Source of the DNA: Actinomycetes bacterium
GTDB lineage: Bacteria; Actinomycetota; Actinomycetes; Actinomycetales; Actinomycetaceae
Direction of reading: 5' to 3'
DNA length: 64,000 bases
NCBI GenBank assembly: GCA_023389315.1
Contig: JAEWEQ010000061.1
Location: 3,811 to 67,810, forward strand
Positions within the stretch are counted from its first letter, which is position 1; every line of letters begins with the position of its first letter. The notes below the pieces were generated by a model. It was given only the letters and a program-made list of their open reading frames with translations. It had not been told where the DNA came from and did no database searches. Shown piece by piece: positions 60,232 through 64,000 of the stretch. A program made the translations under genes and the position numbers.

Positions 60232-60906
60232 ATGACTACCCCGGCTTTAAGCGAAATAATTGACCCCGGCTGGGCCCGTGTCCTGGCCCCGGTGGAAAAC
60301 CAAATCCACGAACTCGGGAACATGCTCAGGGAAGCGAACCGCCTGCAAGAAGGCTACCTTCCGGCCGGCACCGACGTGCTGCGGGCTTTCACCTACCCGT
60401 TTTCTGAAGTCAAAGTACTGCTAATCGGCCAAGACCCCTACCCCACTCCCGGCCACGCTATGGGGCTGAGTTTCTCCGTCAATCCCGGGGTGGCACTGCC
60501 CCGATCGCTGGTGAATATCTACCGCGAACTCACCACCGACCTGGGCGTGCCCCAGCCCAGTAGCGGAGACCTGCGGCCGTGGGCGGAAGCCGGGGTGTGT
60601 TTGCTGAACCGAGTCCTCACGGTGCGCCCCGGGGCGCCCGGTTCTCACCGCGGGCGCGGTTGGGAAACGGTGACGGAAACTGCCATCACCGCCCTCGTGA
60701 AACGCCAACAACCGTTGGTGGCGATCCTGTGGGGACGCGACGCGCGCAACCTCAAACCACTGTTGGGGGATACGCCGGTGGTGGAATCTGCCCACCCCTC
60801 TCCCCTGTCGGCCAGCCGCGGGTTCTTCGGGTCGCGCCCGTTCTCGCGCGCCAACGCGCTGTTGGAAGCCCAAGGTAGTACCGGGGTGGATTGGAGGCTG
60901 CCGTGA
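60232..60906 (+). CDS. ung: uracil-DNA glycosylase (family 1)
   Basis: ORF trimmed to the ATG at 60232. The water-activating loop [22 protein letters not shown] and the HPSPLSA leucine-loop motif are present. Confidence 0.93.
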   Translation: MTTPALSEIIDPGWARVLAPVENQIHELGNMLREANRLQEGYLPAGTDVLRAFTYPFSEVKVLLIGQDPYPTPGHAMGLSFSVNPGVALPRSLVNIYRELTTDLGVPQPSSGDLRPWAEAGVCLLNRVLTVRPGAPGSHRGRGWETVTETAITALVKRQQPLVAILWGRDARNLKPLLGDTPVVESAHPSPLSASRGFFGSRPFSRANALLEAQGSTGVDWRLP

Positions 60907-61892
60907 TGATGGCACGGCGCAGCGCCTGCGAGTGGGGTACGTATGTGGCGATCGGGGATTCTGCGTCCGAGGGACTGTGGGATCTGGACACGCAGGGGAA
61001 CTTGTGGGGGTGGACCGACCGGTTGGCCTACCAACTGGCGCAGCGCCGCCCCGCGAGCGACGCGAGCACAGCAAGCGCCACGCCTGGCGATGCCGCGCCC
61101 GCCGTTTCTGAGCCAGGGGTTTCAGGGCCGTCGGATTCTGAGCCGGCGGGTTCCGAGCCGGCGGTTTCGGAGCCCGCGGTTGGCGTGCCAAGGTCGGCCC
61201 CGCCCTCGCCAAGTGGCGAACGCCAGCCTCTGCACTACGCGAACTTGGCGATCCGCGGTCAAGTGATGTCGCAGATTCTGGACACGCAACTGCCGCGCGC
61301 GATTCAGCTGGGTGCCGACCTGGTTTCCATCACCGCGGGCGGCAACGACATGCTACGGCCTAACGTGTCGATTGCCCGCCTCACTGCCCGCCTGTCCAGC
61401 GCGGTACGCGACCTGCGCCGGCGCGGCATTGACGTGCTGCTGGTGACCAGTTCTGACCCGGCGGGCTCGCCCATCATCGAGGCCACCCGCCCGCGCGTGA
61501 GTGCTTTCAACGCATCGTTGTGGTCGATCGCCCAGCGCTACGACTGCGCGGTGATAGACCAGTGGGGGCTGCCGGCGCTGCGCACCTGGCCGGCGTGGAG
61601 TGAAGACCGCCTCCACCTGTCCCCTGCCGGCCACGCCCTGGTGGCCGAAGCCGCACTGCTGGCGCTGGGATTCGAAGTCGACCGCGAAGCCGTGTACCGC
61701 GTGCCCCGGGGCTGGGAAGACCGGGTGGCGACGCGCCCCTCCGACCGGGTGTGGCTACAACGCCACGCTATCCCTTGGGCGCGGCGCCATTTGCGAGGAC
61801 GTTCCTCCGGCGACGGGCGCACCGCCAAACGACCTCAGCCCACCGCCGTGGACCTAGTGGTAGGTCCGCCAGCGGTGGACTGGGAGGTGTGA
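60906..61892 (+). CDS. SGNH/GDSL hydrolase family protein
   Basis: Block I YVAIGDSASEG, block III ITAGGNDMLRP, and block V region DRLHLSPAGHALVA. The start is either the ATG at 60906 (overlaps the ung TGA by 1 nt) or the GTG at 60903. Confidence 0.8.
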   Translation: MMARRSACEWGTYVAIGDSASEGLWDLDTQGNLWGWTDRLAYQLAQRRPASDASTASATPGDAAPAVSEPGVSGPSDSEPAGSEPAVSEPAVGVPRSAPPSPSGERQPLHYANLAIRGQVMSQILDTQLPRAIQLGADLVSITAGGNDMLRPNVSIARLTARLSSAVRDLRRRGIDVLLVTSSDPAGSPIIEATRPRVSAFNASLWSIAQRYDCAVIDQWGLPALRTWPAWSEDRLHLSPAGHALVAEAALLALGFEVDREAVYRVPRGWEDRVATRPSDRVWLQRHAIPWARRHLRGRSSGDGRTAKRPQPTAVDLVVGPPAVDWEV

Positions 61893-62000
61893 GGGATGGT
61901 GCCGCCCCGTCTCAAGAGGTGGGCACCCGCAGTAGGCGGGCGGCCCGTCTCAGGTGGCAGGCAACCGTGGTGAGCGGCCTGCCTTAGGAATCCCTTAGCC

Positions 62001-63212
62001 TTACGAGGCGGGCAGCGCCCAGGCACGTGAAGGTTCGAAGTTCACTCGCACCCACTGCCCTTCAGACTTAATCAGGCGCGGATCAGGGTCGGATTCGATC
62101 ACCACAATAGTGCCGAACTCGCTTTCCACTTCATACTCCACGTGGTCACCGAAGAAGACGCAAGACAGCACCTTACAGACATCCCCAGCGGGCTGTACGG
62201 CCTTGTCTTCAGCGTCCACCAGACGCATGGACTCGGGACGCACCAACACCACCGTTTCCACGCCCTCACTAACATCGGGATGCGTGGGAATGCGTTTTTC
62301 TTGCCCGAGGACGTTCACCAACGCGACGCGCTCATCCGCCGCCTCAGCGCCCGCGTCTGCCTGCACCACGTCGCAGGGCAGGAAGTTGGCGCGCCCGATG
62401 AAGTCAGCCACGAATACGGTAGCGGGATGGCGGTAGATCTCCTCCGGGGTGTCAATCTGCTCGATACGCCCGTTGTTCATCACCAGCACCCGGTCCGACA
62501 GGGTCATCGCTTCCGCCTGGTCGTGCGTGACATACAAGGAAGTGATACCCAAGCGGCGCTGCATTTGGCGAAGCTCAATACGCATACGCTCACGCAGCTT
62601 AGCGTCAAGGTTAGAAAGCGGTTCGTCAAACAGCAGCACCTTCGGCTGCATCACGGTGGCGCGGGCCAGCGCGACGCGCTGTTGCTGGCCGCCAGAAAGT
62701 TGCGCCGGGGAGCGGTCCTGCAAACCAGTTAAGCTCATTGACGCCAGCGCGGTGTCCACCGCTTCAGCCATCTGCGCTTTCGACAGTTTCTTGATACGCA
62801 GACCGTACTCAATGTTTTCACGCACCGTCAGGTGCGGGAACAGGGCGTAGGACTGGAACACCATGGTCATGGGGCGCTTATCGGGCGTGAGGGAAACCAT
62901 GTCCTTACCGTCCAGTTCGATAACCCCAGAAGAGGGGGTCTCAAAACCGGCAACCATCCGCAGCGTAGTCGTCTTACCGCAGCCGGAAGGGCCCAGCAGG
63001 GTGAGGAACTCACCGGGGGCGATATCGATATTGACGTTATCAACCGCCCGGAACGGCTCCCCGCTGGTGGGGAATTCTTTCACCACATCGCGCAGTACCA
63101 CATGACCGATGGGCGCCGAGGACGATCCGCGGTTGGTATCGCCCTGGTTACCGCGCGAGTTAGCGGGCGCCGAAATGTCTTTAGGGTTCATTTTTTCTGC
63201 AGACATTGACAA
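62001..63212 (-). CDS. ABC transporter ATP-binding protein (PotA/FbpC/MalK-type importer ATPase)
   Basis: Walker A LLGPSGCGKTTTL, signature LSGGQQQRVALARA, Walker B VLLFDEPLSNLD, and a C-terminal TOBE-like regulatory domain. Confidence 0.9.
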   Translation of the reverse strand: MSMSAEKMNPKDISAPANSRGNQGDTNRGSSSAPIGHVVLRDVVKEFPTSGEPFRAVDNVNIDIAPGEFLTLLGPSGCGKTTTLRMVAGFETPSSGVIELDGKDMVSLTPDKRPMTMVFQSYALFPHLTVRENIEYGLRIKKLSKAQMAEAVDTALASMSLTGLQDRSPAQLSGGQQQRVALARATVMQPKVLLFDEPLSNLDAKLRERMRIELRQMQRRLGITSLYVTHDQAEAMTLSDRVLVMNNGRIEQIDTPEEIYRHPATVFVADFIGRANFLPCDVVQADAGAEAADERVALVNVLGQEKRIPTHPDVSEGVETVVLVRPESMRLVDAEDKAVQPAGDVCKVLSCVFFGDHVEYEVESEFGTIVVIESDPDPRLIKSEGQWVRVNFEPSRAWALPAS

Positions 63213-64000
63213 TCACTTCCTTGAAAACTTACCAGTGAGCTTGGACCAGCCATCACCCAAGATCAACTGGATGATTGCAATAACGAGAAGGACAATGACG
63301 AACAGCGCCATTGAGAAAGCGAAGGCGTTGCCGTAACGGCCCGCATCGACCTCGGCCAAAATCTTCTTAGTCATGATCTGCACGTCAGGCGTGGCCAAGA
63401 AGATCACCGGCGACAAGGTAGTCATGGAACGGGCGAAAGCGTAGACCAGGCCGGTAGCTAGAGCCGGTTTGATCAACGGCAACGTCACCCGGCGGAAGGT
63501 GGTGAAAGAATCCGCACCCAGGGAGGCAGACGCTTCCTCGATGGAAGGTGAAATCTGCTGCAAGGTTGCTACCGCGGTGCGCTGTCCGGAGGGAACAGAG
63601 CGGATGATGTAGACCATTACGATCGCTATCGCACCGCCGAAGATGGCGGCCCCGCCACCCAAAGCCGGCAGGAACATGCGGTTGCCAATGATCAGCGGAT
63701 TGTTGAAGGTAATGGCGTAGCCGATACCAACCACCGTGCCGGGCACGGCCAAACCGAGCATGCCCAGGAAGTCCAGCAACCCGCCGCCGCGGCGCAGCTT
63801 ACGCACCACCAGCCAGGCGATAACCATTGACAAGAACGCAGCAATGGGGGTTGCCACCAAAGCCATGATGGTGGTGTCCAGGATAGCTTCGTTTCCAATA
63901 CCGGATAGCACGTAACGGTAGTTGTCCAGGGTCCAGGTGTTGTCCACTCCCAGGATGTTCACGAACGACCCGATAATCACGGTGGCGTACAAGATGATGA
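63213..64000 (-). CDS. ABC transporter permease (partial, continues past window end)
   Basis: The reading frame stays open to the window edge, with no stop in frame between 63993 and 63998. The EAA-like loop IEEASASLGADSFTTFRRVTLPLIKPAL is typical of the binding-protein-dependent permease fold. The stop abuts the ATPase gene start. Confidence 0.8.
   Translation of the reverse strand, partial: IILYATVIIGSFVNILGVDNTWTLDNYRYVLSGIGNEAILDTTIMALVATPIAAFLSMVIAWLVVRKLRRGGGLLDFLGMLGLAVPGTVVGIGYAITFNNPLIIGNRMFLPALGGGAAIFGGAIAIVMVYIIRSVPSGQRTAVATLQQISPSIEEASASLGADSFTTFRRVTLPLIKPALATGLVYAFARSMTTLSPVIFLATPDVQIMTKKILAEVDAGRYGNAFAFSMALFVIVLLVIAIIQLILGDGWSKLTGKFSRK

Overview
Gene-dense chromosomal segment from a high-GC actinobacterium. 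The gene order recalls the mycobacterial galU-MTHFS...mscL and bPH/DUF2520-panC-panD...lysS neighbourhoods. The anaerobic glpABC genes suggest a facultative anaerobe, possibly of the Actinomycetaceae type, but this is tentative. Most of the window is core metabolism and housekeeping. It includes galU, mscL, monomeric icd, serC, ideR-like, glpK, glpABC, trkAH, lysS, panCD, groEL, ung, a PhoPR-like two-component pair, MFS/NCS2/ABC transporters and one tRNA-Arg(CCT). I saw no transposase, integrase, phage gene or CRISPR array. Two ribosomal protein genes too short for the ORF track (Cys-less L33 and L36) were found by hand translation. Regulatory RNA/DNA elements recognised by eye are a ydaO-type c-di-AMP riboswitch ahead of an NlpC/P60 hydrolase, two tandem CIRCE operators ahead of groEL, a Fur/Zur-type palindrome, and about a dozen hairpin terminators. 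Five items seem most worth a second look. (1) A 1436-aa SF1 helicase/nuclease-family protein in which every catalytic motif I can place looks substituted. (2) A 12-unit tandem array with a strict 13-bp period, plus a hairpin and a T-depleted tract, in a 690-bp divergent intergenic region. (3) A zinc-sparing module with a P-loop-less COG0523-like protein. (4) A TPM-PspA-NYN envelope-stress neighbourhood. (5) An uncharacterised kinase/dehydrogenase/aldolase-fold operon. All family assignments rest on motif recognition by eye, not on database searches.
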